Part shown: one piece after another, positions 1 through 11,500 of the stretch
How positions within the stretch are numbered: the first letter of the stretch is position 1
Layout of the letters: each line of letters opens with the position of its first letter
From: Orbicella franksi
Taxonomy: Eukaryota
Assembly: GCA_964199315.1 (NCBI GenBank)
Contig: OZ116702.1
Location: 32,860,001-32,924,000, forward strand
Direction of reading: 5' to 3'
Length of the DNA stretch: 64,000 nt
The notes under the pieces: generated by a model
Told to the model about the DNA's origin: nothing
The model's input: only the letters and a program-made list of their open reading frames with translations
Database searches by the model: none
Made by a program: the position numbers and the translations under genes

Positions 1-2682
1 TTACCAGAAGTCTCCAACGACCCATCAGAGGGGGAACTGCGACTGCAGAACGTCTTTGAGGAGCACAGAAAATTGTTTATTTCAGGTAATCAGATTTCCT
101 TTGTAAGCCTCTATGACAATCATGATGCTAAGAGGAAGATTGAAAGAGACATTCAGATCCACGTTCAGCGTCTTCTTGATCAAGGTCTTAATCGCTCTGT
201 GATCGTTGAAATTAGGCACTCGCCTGGTACTGGTGGTACTACAATTGCTCGCCGAGTTATGTGGGATATCCATCAAGCATACCCGTGTGCTTTCATAGAA
301 GTAAGCCCGCATCTCTACTTTGATGAGGACAACAGCTACGTAAGCAAACTAGCTGATCGGATTGCAGCACTTGAAGAGATATGTCACACCTCCCCTGTTG
401 TCTTGATTGACGGAAAGCAATCAGGAGCAATTGAAAGCCTCTCGAACAAACTTGTACGAATGCTTGGCAAAAAAGGAAAACGAGCCCTTTTATTACGATG
501 CCAACACGGATCAAAGACCTCGTCAAGAGAAACTCTGGAGTCATCTCATGTCCACCACGTATTCTACGTAGATGTCAAGCTCGAGGATTCAATAGCTGAT
601 TTGCATGAGTTCGAGTCCAAGTACAGAGAATTCATTGAGAAGTCTTTAGGTGAGGCACCAGTGTCAGACCCATGTCGTGTATTTCACTTCCCACTTCTTG
701 CAATGATGCGAGAGTTTCGTCCCAGGCTTGAGAAGATAATCGATGATACCTGGAATGAGATGGAGAGCCTTCAGCAAGAAATCGCTGTTTTGGTGGCCTT
801 CCTGCAGAAGTATGCAAATCAGAAAACGCCAGCCCTCCTGTTGTACGATGCCTTCAAAGACTACATTCGTCTGGTGGGTGGAAAAAGCGTGGCATACGAG
901 GACATCAAGCAGTTGTTCACAGCACACTTGTTAAACCTAATGGTGCCTTCAAACCGTTTGCGCCGCCGAGGAAGAATGTATTCTTATGACGCCAAAGAAA
1001 CCTCACCTGACAGTTACACGTTGCAGCACCCATTAGTCGCTGAGATGTTACTGAAGAAAGTTTTTCGAGAACAAGATTGTGACCTATTCCGGGTAGTAGG
1101 CCAGTTCCTCCAGTTTCCAATTTACCAACGGGAATGCTTCTTGCCCCTTTTTGAGGAGCTGTTCGTCTACAACAAGGAGGGTCAGAAGAAGCGAAAGTTC
1201 TCGGTACTTTTTGAAGAGCTTAAAGCTATTAACCCAGAGCGTGCTGCCGACGTGTTTTGCACAGCAGCTGAGAAGACCTGTGATCCTCTCATCTTTTCCA
1301 ATGCTGCGAGATTTTTGGCCAAGAAAGAACCTCCCTCATTTTCAAAGGCAAAGGAGCTCATTGAACTGGCCTTTCAAGTTAACACCGACTTGAAAGTGAG
1401 GGGTAGACGCCTTCTCCATACAAAGGGGGTTATTTTGTACATTGAGCTGAAGCACATGGCCAATACCGGCAAAGTTAAAAATTTGGCAAAGCTTGAAGAA
1501 CTGGCCAGCAAAGTACTCAAGGAATACAAAGAGGCTCGCACCTTTCCTCCAACATACCCCAATCCTCTCATTGGTGAGGTCGAAGTTTGGCTCGCATGCA
1601 TCGAATGGATCATGAAGAACATATGCGATCGTGATTCCGAAGAGACAGTGAAGTTCCTAATAAATCAGTCTCCGCCCTTCTTTCGCACATGTATCAGTGA
1701 TTCCTTTACTCTTCTTGACGTTGTTGACAGAATTGTGCATAGTGTGTCAAGCCTGCCAGATCCTGAAGACACACAAAGAAGGTGTAACAATGCCAGATTG
1801 GCTCTGATGAAGACCTGTAGAAGGGCGTCGTCGTCAACCGGACGTAGACGCGAAGGAGAGGATGTTGTTCAAGCGTGCAGGGCACTTTGTGTTGCCACAA
1901 ACTTCCCGCAGTCGTCAGTGTTGGAGCTGAAAAGGCTTCAGGCTCAGTTTATTTTGAGTTCCGGTGATCCAATCGACTTCTTAAAACAAGAACATCTCGA
2001 ATTCTTGCTTAAATTACTGGAAGAACTTGTGCTCATGGAGAAACAGCACAGTCTAGCTTACCATTTAATGAAAGTCTGTGTTTTGGTGACTGGACCACGG
2101 TGTTACAGTCTTGAGCAAGGACTCCTTGTGAGTGAAAAGTGGTTAGAAGTCTCGCCTCATGATTGCCTTCCATATTTTTACCAGATGGCCATTTGTTTTT
2201 TGAAGATCCTTGATGGAAACGCTCTGGAGTTCACCCCAAAGTATCTGAAAGCGTTGAAGATGTGCCGAGAGAAGTCACAGAACCACTGCCGAAGCACACA
2301 GTCTACACTGTTTCTGAGTAATAGAGGGAAAGGGATGTCTCGCCTTGTTACTCGCAACACCTTGTTTCGTGGTGAAAGTGCCTACTCCACCGACGTGCCC
2401 GAAACGGTGACCAGGTTTTGGCTGAAGGATAGTAGAAAAAAGTTGTTAGAGTGTAAGGGAAGAATTCAAGTGCCGCCTTCTTCAGATCGAGGGAAAACAT
2501 ATCCCTACATCGAATCAGTGGAAGGAAATTTGGAGCTCTACGTGGGAAAGAATGCAGACATTGGCAAAGTGGAAAGAGATTTCACTAAGGGACAATTAGT
2601 CTACTTTGTGGTTAGTTTCAACCTTCAGGGGCCTGTTGCAAACGGAATAACCTTTGTACCCCAGAATGGATCAGGTCAGTAG
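1..2682 (+). CDS. SAMD9-like: SAMD9-family STAND-like protein, paralog A (5'-partial; 893 aa visible: end of SIR2-like region, P-loop, TPR, OB fold)
   Basis: Frame 1 is open from base 1 (LPEVSNDPSEGELRLQNVFEEHRKLFISGNQ), so the ORF-track start at 73 is an artefact. SAMD9-like motifs: HSPGTGGTTIARRVMWDIH (human SAMD9 HHPGCGGTTLAMHxLWEL, recalled), PVVLIDG Walker-B strand, NAARFLAKKE / HTKGV / GEVEVWL TPR region, C-terminal VYFVVSFNLQGPVANGI OB-fold end. Colinear with the 13355-16977 exon. Confidence 0.85.
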   Translation, partial: LPEVSNDPSEGELRLQNVFEEHRKLFISGNQISFVSLYDNHDAKRKIERDIQIHVQRLLDQGLNRSVIVEIRHSPGTGGTTIARRVMWDIHQAYPCAFIEVSPHLYFDEDNSYVSKLADRIAALEEICHTSPVVLIDGKQSGAIESLSNKLVRMLGKKGKRALLLRCQHGSKTSSRETLESSHVHHVFYVDVKLEDSIADLHEFESKYREFIEKSLGEAPVSDPCRVFHFPLLAMMREFRPRLEKIIDDTWNEMESLQQEIAVLVAFLQKYANQKTPALLLYDAFKDYIRLVGGKSVAYEDIKQLFTAHLLNLMVPSNRLRRRGRMYSYDAKETSPDSYTLQHPLVAEMLLKKVFREQDCDLFRVVGQFLQFPIYQRECFLPLFEELFVYNKEGQKKRKFSVLFEELKAINPERAADVFCTAAEKTCDPLIFSNAARFLAKKEPPSFSKAKELIELAFQVNTDLKVRGRRLLHTKGVILYIELKHMANTGKVKNLAKLEELASKVLKEYKEARTFPPTYPNPLIGEVEVWLACIEWIMKNICDRDSEETVKFLINQSPPFFRTCISDSFTLLDVVDRIVHSVSSLPDPEDTQRRCNNARLALMKTCRRASSSTGRRREGEDVVQACRALCVATNFPQSSVLELKRLQAQFILSSGDPIDFLKQEHLEFLLKLLEELVLMEKQHSLAYHLMKVCVLVTGPRCYSLEQGLLVSEKWLEVSPHDCLPYFYQMAICFLKILDGNALEFTPKYLKALKMCREKSQNHCRSTQSTLFLSNRGKGMSRLVTRNTLFRGESAYSTDVPETVTRFWLKDSRKKLLECKGRIQVPPSSDRGKTYPYIESVEGNLELYVGKNADIGKVERDFTKGQLVYFVVSFNLQGPVANGITFVPQNGSGQ

Positions 2683-3454
2683 AAGGAACATGCACAAACT
2701 ATTGATTACATAGAACTACTCTTCTAAAGAACATTTACCTAAAGTTAGGAGACCATGATCAATATTGGAGGAAATTCGTAACTTGCGATGGCGAGAAGTG
2801 AAACGAAACTCCTGAAATTGTCTCGCCAGCTGTCAACGTCAGGAAAAATGATGTTGCTGTCAGGTTACTTTTGAAGTAGAACGCTGATTTGTCAAAAAAT
2901 AGTTCTGTTCATTGCAAGCGATGTATGTTATCACGTCTATGATGTAATCTTAACACTGCATTGAACTGTTAGGACTTCGCTAAAATATAGAACCAACTGG
3001 TGTGAGGTCTAGTTTTGAGATGACTTTGTTTCTAGTGAAACTGAAACCACTGTCTGAACTACGGGCAACGTGCAGAATAGTGATTCGATCGCAGAAACCA
3101 GGTAGTCGTTCTGTTTAAAATTAACTTTGGTCGGCAAAGTTTGTCTTGAAACATACCACCCTGTTAATCTTCATAATTATCGCTGTAAACTAATTTGCGG
3201 AGAGTTGAGCACTTCCTCGCTTTCTTTTCATGTGGCAGCTGCGCGGTTAAGGGTTCGCCGTCGTTTGAGTTTATATTTTCGCCGCTGTCTTAAAAATGAA
3301 GCTATTCTTCCCTTGGTATATGAAAACGTTTAATATACGCAAGATCAAAATGTTTTCTTCTTGTTTCTTTGCTTTTTTTGTTGTTCTTGTTTGGTTGGTT
3401 GTTTGTTTGCTTTTCGTTTTCAACGAGGGAGTGAGGGCGATAGAAGTTGAGCCA

Positions 3455-4515
3455 GACGTAACAAATCGATGATCAATGCGTAATCAATAAGTAATAAATG
3501 ACAAAGAGCATTTTAGATTATCGATTACTCATCGATTACATTAATTAATGCTACATGTTAGGTGAGGATATGCCTGTTCGGGATTACCCGCTATAAACCG
3601 CAAGAAAACGTTGTCATGAATAGGCACACATGCATTCCAGGTGGCGTTACACCAGTCGAAGAGAATCATGGATAATAAATTATGCAGAATAACCTGCTAT
3701 CAAATATTTCGACCAAATAAACGGAAAATTCCTCTCCGGTGAATAACCTTCCCTTCCAACCCCTCCTGTCCTAATAGTTAAGTCCCTCTATGAGACGAGC
3801 CTGGAGGGACTCATGGTAGTTGCATTCATCATTTGTTTTCAAGAATACGGATGTAAACAGCGTGAAAATTAATGCCGATAACCCCTCCCTCATCGGGGAA
3901 TACTAGTATTATGTCAAGAATCCGGCAATTTCCAAGGGGTAGGGATAAATCCATAAGTCGATTAAATACTTTGGCCATGAACCTGACAAAGAGGGCAAAT
4001 GCCACATATTCGGGCCCATTCAGAAAACCGACACTACTCAAGATTTAATTAATCACGAGAATACACCTGATTCCAAAATGGCCGCCATTTTAGTATTGTT
4101 TTGTTTACTTGTAAATTAGCTCTTGTTGCCTCGTTCTTAAACTCGAAATTCAAAAGAACATTTTCCCTTAAACGGGGCAACAAGGGCTAATTTGCAAGTA
4201 AACAAAAGAATACTAAAATTGCGGCCATTTTGGAATGAGGTATATGTGCCACTTGTCAGTTTTGAATGCCTGTTTCAGGACATTTCTCCGTTGTGTCTTT
4301 GCTCTAACAATTTCGCTTATCATAGTGTATTAAAAAACAATTCAAGACATTGTTATTTGTTCTCTTCGTTCACTCAATTCATTTACGCCAAGCGTAGTCA
4401 ATCGATAAACCGATAATCGATAACAATCGATATCAATCTTCGATTGTGAGTTATCGATTGCCGATAAAAATCGACAACGTTTGATTCATCGATTGGTATC
4501 GATTATTGTCGGAGA
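3455..4515. mobile_element. Putative non-autonomous DNA transposon remnant with ATCGAT-rich subterminal arrays
   Basis: Clusters of ATCGAT/CGATA motifs at about 3464-3540 and 4398-4510 flank unique sequence. Termini and TSD not resolved. Confidence 0.5.
4062..4244. mobile_element. Palindromic MITE nested in the previous element
   Basis: About 70-bp imperfect terminal inverted repeats (TACACCTGATTCCAAAATGGCCGCCATTTTAGTATT... / ...AATACTAAAATTGCGGCCATTTTGGAATGAGGTATA) with TA at both ends. Confidence 0.85.
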
Positions 4516-5059
4516 TTATTTTTGTCCTTTTGCAATTTACACTGATAAAATGTTTGACAAAATTTGTCCACAATGGTTTTATTTAGTCAATTTATCATAG
4601 CCTGCGTATCTTTTACAATCATTGACGAAATAATCTTTATTTGCTAGTTTACGACACCGGAAGAAGCTCAGCCCGAAGTAGCGTAAAACCTTCCAGTCTC
4701 ATTGTAGCGTCGGCATTAAGGTGAAACAAAATAAACAACAGAGTCAGTGTTCTAGTGATTTCAATTGTTCACATTTGGAAACAAACGTAAGAATAGATCT
4801 CGGAATAGGCCAAAAGGAAAATAGATGAAGATGAATGTCTCGTGTTGCCAGGTATTATTTTACACAATACAAGAGGCCCAGAGGCCATAACGCGCGTAAT
4901 CTTTTTGAGTTTGCAATGATCATCATTGGTTTCTGTGCGAAGAGTGAGGCCCGGTAACGAAATTAAGTGAAAATGGTGAATGTTTTTTTCTAAATAAAAG
5001 AGAAAATCTTAGTTGTTATTATCCCCCCCCTCCCTTCCCTCCCCCACCCCGTCTAAGGA

Positions 5060-5682
5060 GATGGGCTTATCAATCATGGACTACCTGCACAGCCTCGGGC
5101 CACTGAATTTTTTTGGCAAAACGTCTGGACCTTTTTTCTATGCGAAGATTTTTTGGAGAAAATTTCCAAGCCCCCCATAAACAAAGATTTAGCTTTTGTG
5201 ACAGTTCCCTTTTGCCTTATGCTACGATGACATTTACGACGACACTTCTCCGACACCTTGCACGTGCTCAGAAGCGAAAAACAAACTTGCGGTCACACGC
5301 TTACGATCTTAAAATTTCGGGAAAAAAGACATAAATACAAGAGTTTATTTCTTTCTCAAGCATCTGAGCGGGCCGGAATCCTAAATCCTCGAATTTGATT
5401 GGCTAATCATACGCACGTGACCGGTCCAGCTTTTTACGATACGGCCCACGGGCCGGATTTTTTCCCCGCTGCCTAAATTTCGATCCTAAAAGTTAGCGGT
5501 AATCGTCATTCTTATATGGCTAGCTCCGTGAGCGGGCAAGATGAATCAAATCCTGCGCTGTGATTGGCTACCCGTGCGGGCAAGATGGAGCTATCTTGCC
5601 CGCTCGGGAGTACCCGCCGTGTCCCGCAAGAAAAATTTCCCCGAAAGCCATATAATAAATCCTTTATTGACCAAGCTTGTTT

Positions 5683-5713
<31 letters not shown>

Positions 5714-5821
5714 TTTTTTGCGAGTTTATGGACCTCGACTCCGTCTCGGTCCATAAACATGCAAAGAAAGAACTTGACCAATATGCTGCCATCTTGACCT
5801 CACACTTGGTCAATAGTCCAC
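5060..5821. mobile_element. Two adjacent interspersed repeats (about 5060-5510 and 5511-5821)
   Basis: The second unit has an internal inverted pair (GGTCAAGATGGCTGGATATTGGCC / GACCAATATGCTGCCATCTTGACC) and duplicated GCGGGCAAGATG motifs. Both resemble high-copy coral repeats as recalled; not searched. Confidence 0.6.
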
Positions 5822-6260
5822 ATTTTTTTTGCCTTTTTTACACTTCCATCGACGACTAGTCAACGCAATTTTATCTCTGTTCACTTTAAAATGGCAAGGA
5901 AAGTCATTGTAAGTAAATTCAACTGAGTGTTTTGAAGTTGTGAGAGTTTGCTTGGTTGTTTGTAGCTTGGTGCGGTAATGGCGTGTAATCCTGTGTTTCT
6001 CTCGCCGTAAAATTTGAGTCAATTTCAGTCGAGTTTACCTCTCTGATCGTTAATTGCTGTATTGAGGAGAATTTCTGTGGAATACACTTAACGAATTTCC
6101 TCGCTTTCTGCTATTCAGTTTACGGTTGAAAAGTCTGATTTCAAGTGATATTAAAAGCAACGACTGACAAATTGTTTTCGTAGTAAAACTTCAAACTTCG
6201 CACGAAATTTCACTCCGCAAAAACAATTTTGGAGAACTTAACTGGTGAAATAAATGCAGC

Positions 6261-6949
6261 TAAAGCGGCCTTCACACGGCAACCTTAAGGTGGCAAACCC
6301 GTGTTGGCAAGCTTCAAAAAGTTGGCAAACTCGTTCCTTCACACGTCAAACTCGCGTCAAATCATAACACACGGTAATTTGCGACATGGCCGACTTTATT
6401 TATTTATTTGATTTATTTATTAAGCTTCGGCCTACTATTACACATAAAGAAAAAGAAAAAGAAGAGGAAGCAAAAAAAAAAAAAAAAAAAAAACCAGACA
6501 GCAAAACAAAACAAAATGGCCAGGGGAGCCGCTACAGCTTAGCCAATTACAGCGGCCCCCTTAGATATAATTAAGAGACAAAATTATCCAGTGCAGTGGC
6601 ACTCATGTAGAAAAATGGAGCAGAAGAAGAGAAGAAACAGAAAGCGAGAAAGGTTTGGACGAAGCTCAGTTTGTCTGCTAGCTCCTCCATTTTCTTTTGT
6701 TTGTTTTTAGTATCTTTGTAGACTACAGATGAAACGTCCTACACAGCCGGACAGTTGTGAACCTCTTCGATAACCTCGCGTTCATCTTGACTTGCGTCCG
6801 CCATTTTATGGAGTGTCACGCAAATGAATCACGTGACTAGAGGGTGTGTTTTGATTGGTTGCCAGTTACCAACACATGTTTGCCAATCGTTCACACGTCA
6901 GATACGAGCTTACCAACACGAAAAAGTCGGTGACAAAGTTGGCGAGAAT
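6261..6949. mobile_element. PIF/Harbinger-type non-autonomous element remnant, interrupted by later insertions
   Basis: Starts TAAAGCGGCCTTCACACGG and carries repeated TTCACACG and TTGGCAA/TTGCCAA motifs. The right terminus is not seen. Confidence 0.5.
6391..6565 (-). mobile_element. 3' end of a LINE-like retroelement (stem-loop, T-rich tract, (TAAA)n tail)
   Basis: The minus strand reads GGGGGCCGCTGTAATTGGCTAAGCTGTAGCGGCTCCCC (hairpin), then a long T-rich tract, then GGCCGAAGCTTAATAAATAAATCAAATAAATAAATAAA. Confidence 0.6.
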
Positions 6950-7295
6950 GGCCGTTTTCACACTAGAGACGGATAATCCGTCTAAGACGGGTTATCCGTC
7001 CAGCACGGATAATCCGTCTTAGTGTGAAAACGGAACGGTGTTCATTTTAGATGGATAATCCGCCTTTTTTTATCCGTCCGATTATCCGTCTAAATCGGAC
7101 GGATAAAAATAGACGGATTATCAGTGCTTGACTGATAACCCGTCTTAGACGGATTATCCGTCTACGACGGGTTATCCGTCTGTTACGGATAATTCGTCTT
7201 AGTGTGAAAACGGAACGGTGTTCATTTTAGACGGATAATCCGTCTATTTTTATCCGTCCGATTATCCGTCTATATAGACGGATAATCGGACGGAT
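6950..7295. mobile_element. Harbinger-like MITE built from ACGGATAATCCGT palindromes, with an internal duplication at 180-bp spacing
   Basis: Perfect 14-bp inverted pair CCGTTTTCACACTA / TAGTGTGAAAACGG. Blocks about 7004-7104 and 7184-7295 are near-identical direct repeats. Confidence 0.75.
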
Positions 7296-7319
7296 ATAAT
7301 AAAAACTCTGTTCTTTAAT

Positions 7320-8062
7320 GGGTGTCTGGAAAACCCGAATAGCGAGTAGCGAATAGTCGCGAATAGCGAACAGCGAATAGTCCCGAATAGCGAATAGCGA
7401 ATAGTACGAATAGTCCCGAATGGTGCGAATAGTGGCAAATAGCCCTTTTCACAGTTGGTTTCTCTCATTTGCATTATAATGTAATCCACGTGGATGCGAG
7501 GCAATTTCGGGCTAAAACTACAAAATAGCCCGAAATTGCCTGACATACATGCTAGATTATATTGTAACGCAAATGAGAAAGGTTAACCGTGAAAAGGGCT
7601 ATTAGTGGCAAATCGTAGCAAATAGGGTACCCAGTATCTCGCAGTCAACCTCGCAGCAACGTAGGACGTGATTTTCCCTCTAAAAAGCACAGACGCTTAT
7701 CAGGACAAAAGGTGTTTCTAAACGTAATTTCTTCTGTTTTAACCGCTCCAAAAGCGTAAATACGTCTTTATTAGGTTATCCTTGTGTTTTCTGTTTTCTT
7801 AATGTCGGCCGATGGACGGCCCGAGCCTGAGTCCGGAGAAGAAAAGGTAATAAATTTACTGAAATTCTGTTGCTTATTTGGATAATTAATTAACGCAGGA
7901 TATTAGACCTAAAGCGGTGACTATTGACGACTATTCGTCACTATTCGCCACTTTTCGCGACTGTTCGCCACTATTCGCACTATTCGAGACTATTCGCACT
8001 TTTCGGGACTATTCGCTATTCGCGTCTATTCACTATTCGCTATTCGGGTTTTCCAGACACCC
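7320..8062. mobile_element. TIR DNA element (743 bp) with CGAATAG subterminal arrays, immediately upstream of SAMD9-like paralog B
   Basis: GGGTGTCTGGAAAACCCGAATAGCG at 7320 and its reverse complement CGCTATTCGGGTTTTCCAGACACCC ending at 8062. (CGAATAG)n left array and (CTATTCG)n right array. No clear TSD. Confidence 0.9.
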
Positions 8063-8597
8063 GCAACTTCCTGTTTTCAAAAATTCCCACTTGACAACGA
8101 GTAGCTTACACTGAATCGAGGTCAAACCCAGTCTCCACTCTTGAACGCACTGGCCGTGACAGCTAAACCCCCCATTCAGTGTAAACACGGAGGTATCGTT
8201 ATCTGAATTCCTTTCTTTTGGACAGTTGTAAAAACTTAAACGAACTTCTCGGAAAACTCAGTTAAGCGTGACGTGAAAGAGTTCTGATGTAAACTGGCTT
8301 GTTGAGTTTGTCGCGGTCCGCGATGATTCAAACCAAGAGCTAAGACAAATGAAAGCGAAAGTGAACGAAGGAAAATTACAGGGTATCAAGTTGTTTGTTT
8401 TGTTTTGGTTTGTTTTTGTCTCTTCTTATCAGGTGTTTGCTTTGTAAATGGTGTTTCTTAAATTTGCTGGACTTTACAGGACTCAACACTGAACGGCTGT
8501 ATGCTTATAGGCTTATGTTATATTTATACATTCAGATTTCGTGAATATCTATTGCTGAGCGTGATGTCGTTCACGGCAGAAAGTTAGAAAATTTGCG

Positions 8598-11500
8598 ATG
8601 GAAGCCTCAAAGAACCAAACCTCGAACAGAACGGAATTTCAATCGGCAGATGATGGTATTGACACTCAGTTATCACCTGTTACACACCAATCAGAAATAA
8701 CACCAGCTGAAATTGGTCGGGAAAGTGATTCATGTCCTGAATTGACGAGTACGGTTACTTCTTCAGCTGTAAACGTAGCCGAATTTGAGTGTGAAATCAA
8801 CGATGACCCCAAGCAGAATGATCCCAGCGGCAAAAAGAAGAAGAAAAAGAAGAGGAAGAAGAAAACGAACCCAGGATCCTCTGATACTACATCTGACACG
8901 ATCAGTGAAAATGTTCAAGGTGATCATCCTGCAACATCGACGTTGTTGATACAGAAGGCGGAAGTTGACAGAGAAGGTTCTTTCCAAGAATCGACCGGTA
9001 CCGTATCATCACCTTTCCAAGAAGGTGAACGCGAGGACATCCAGGAAGGCACCCTTCCCGGCAAGAAGAAAAAGAAAAAGAAAAAGAAGAAGAAAGCTTC
9101 AGAAACAGGTGATTTTGATGTTATATCCAACTCTCCTTCAAACGACAGGGTTCCCTCACAAGTGCTTTCGTCTGACACTACAGTTCCGGAAGCGGGTGAA
9201 ATCAAAAGTGATGCAACCAAAGATCCTAGGAATCAGGAGTTCACGACTACTGATGAGACCCTCTCAGAGCTGACTTCAGATCAACAAGAGCTGTTGTTGA
9301 CAATCTCAACTACAAGTGGTCAAAATGAAATCGGTTGCCATGACTCAAGCATCACACCAGAGTGTAATGTACAAGGCGATTCCTCTAGGAAGCCCAAGAA
9401 GAAAAAGAAAAGAAAGAAAAATCAAGAGGTAGAGTATAATATTCTGTCAGACGGTGAAAGCGGTGTTGTCCTAGCGACAGGGATAACTGAAATAGAGCGA
9501 GTCAATTTGCTGCAAGTGATGCCTGAAAGAAGTTGTGCAGCAGGAGTTGTGCAACAACAGTCTCAAAACACAAAGGATGCAGAAGCTATAACAGCCCGAG
9601 CGGAAACCCAGATGTTATGTGTCCATGATGTTTCAGCCACTGCAGGCGACATAGTGGAGCTAATTAAACCTGATGAGAAGGATTCATCTACTGGCCAGTC
9701 ACTTCGTGAAGAGTAAGTTTCTTGTCAGTTTTGTTAGGCGTGAAATGGGGGAGGGCATGAGGGTGGGTATTCTGATATCTTGTGAACAGCCATACCGTTC
9801 TTTACTTTGTCTTTAATCCTATACAATGTAGGAAGTTAAATGGTCTAATATAATGGCTGTAAATTATATGAATAATAATACACATGAAAAAATTACTCAA
9901 TTCTGATTGGCTAAGAGCAGTGCACTTCAAGTGTAACACCAGTGCAAAAAGTATAACATCAGTGCAAAAAGTGTAACACCAGTGCAAATTACACATTGAA
10001 ATTCTGGGTTATGATTGACTGAAAGAAAATAGGAAATTTTCTAAGGAAATGATATCACGTAAAATGATGACGAAAATTTTGTGCTGAAACTTCAAAAAAA
10101 GTTTTCTCAAATGAGAAAAAATGACTTCAAGAAAGATCTTCCAGCACTTCCTCCGCGCGAATTTTTTCATGTTCATATTATTAATAAGTAATCATATGGT
10201 TTTTCTCATTCAATTTGGAATTAATTTGCACTTGTGAGTTTTTCAAAAAGCTAAAATTATACTTGCCAAAGCGGTTCGTGCAATTTCAGCTTTTTGAAAA
10301 ACTCACTCATGCAAGTTAATTCCAAATTGAACTCGAAACCGTATGATTACCTATACTAATATGTTTCATACTGACATTTTCTTTGCAATTATTTTACTGC
10401 ATAAAATGTCATTACCCTTCAAATAAGAAGGTTATACCCATGTGGAAGGAGGGAACATTCTTATTCACATGATATTTCATAGATTGTGTAGTTCCAGAAA
10501 ATATCCAGACCTCCCCCACGGAAGAGAATTTTTTCTAACACCCCCCCCCCCCACCCCTCTGGAAATTCCGGTTAAGCTTCATACATTTCTTTAAATTTTT
10601 TGGTCTTCCAGAACCCCCCACCCCCCAGGAACTTTCAATCCCCTCTGTGAGGGGGGTATGGATATTATCTGGAACTGCACATTCACTTACTTGTCAGAGC
10701 TGCTAACAATTTTTCTTGTTATTTGACATCTAATGTTTTCTTGCAATCAGTATCCTATTTTATGACTGTCTGGCAGTAACAATTCAATCAACTGAAATGA
10801 CTTTATTCTTTGTTCTTGCTCTTTCTCTGCTGTCAGTGCTTGAAGATTAACAATATGAAAATCTGTAGAGGATTACCCCACCCTGGGCTCTTTTCATTCA
10901 GAGATGAATCAATCACCCTCTAAGCCATATGATCAACAGAGCAATTGTCCAAACTGATCTGCATACATTACTTGTATATCATATGGACTGTAATGTCATT
11001 TATTAAGGAGGCTGAAATTAAAAACAGTGTTGTTTTTTATTATTATTTGGGGGGAGGGGTGTATAATTTGTTGAGGGAGAAATTGCAAGTCACTAGGCCT
11101 AAAATGATGGAAGGCCTTTTTTAGGAGGGGGGGGGGGGTAATTTGTTTTGATGTGGTAGAAGGGGGAGTGAAATTGGGAGAAAAGAGAACAATGAGGATA
11201 TGGGAGTAGGGGAGATTACCTGCCCCTCTCCCCTCTGTAACTTCAAGAATAATGAAACTTAGGAGGTATACATAGCATGCAAAATTGCTTCCTGCTTTAA
11301 ATGTAACAAATATATGAGATGATGATGTCATATCACTGATAGTTCCTACATTATAATATGCAACAGCTGCCATCTTGGATTTCTTGATTTTCCTCAAAGA
11401 TGATCAAAATAAATAAAATCATGCTGAAAATTATCTTGATGTAGAAATAACAGATGGTAATTTAATTTTGTTAATGAAAACAAAATTTCACATTTGGAAA

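Noticed and set aside
8666-9273. Overlapping Phe-rich antisense and frame-shifted ORFs
   Set aside because: Shadows of the poly-Lys, low-complexity exon.
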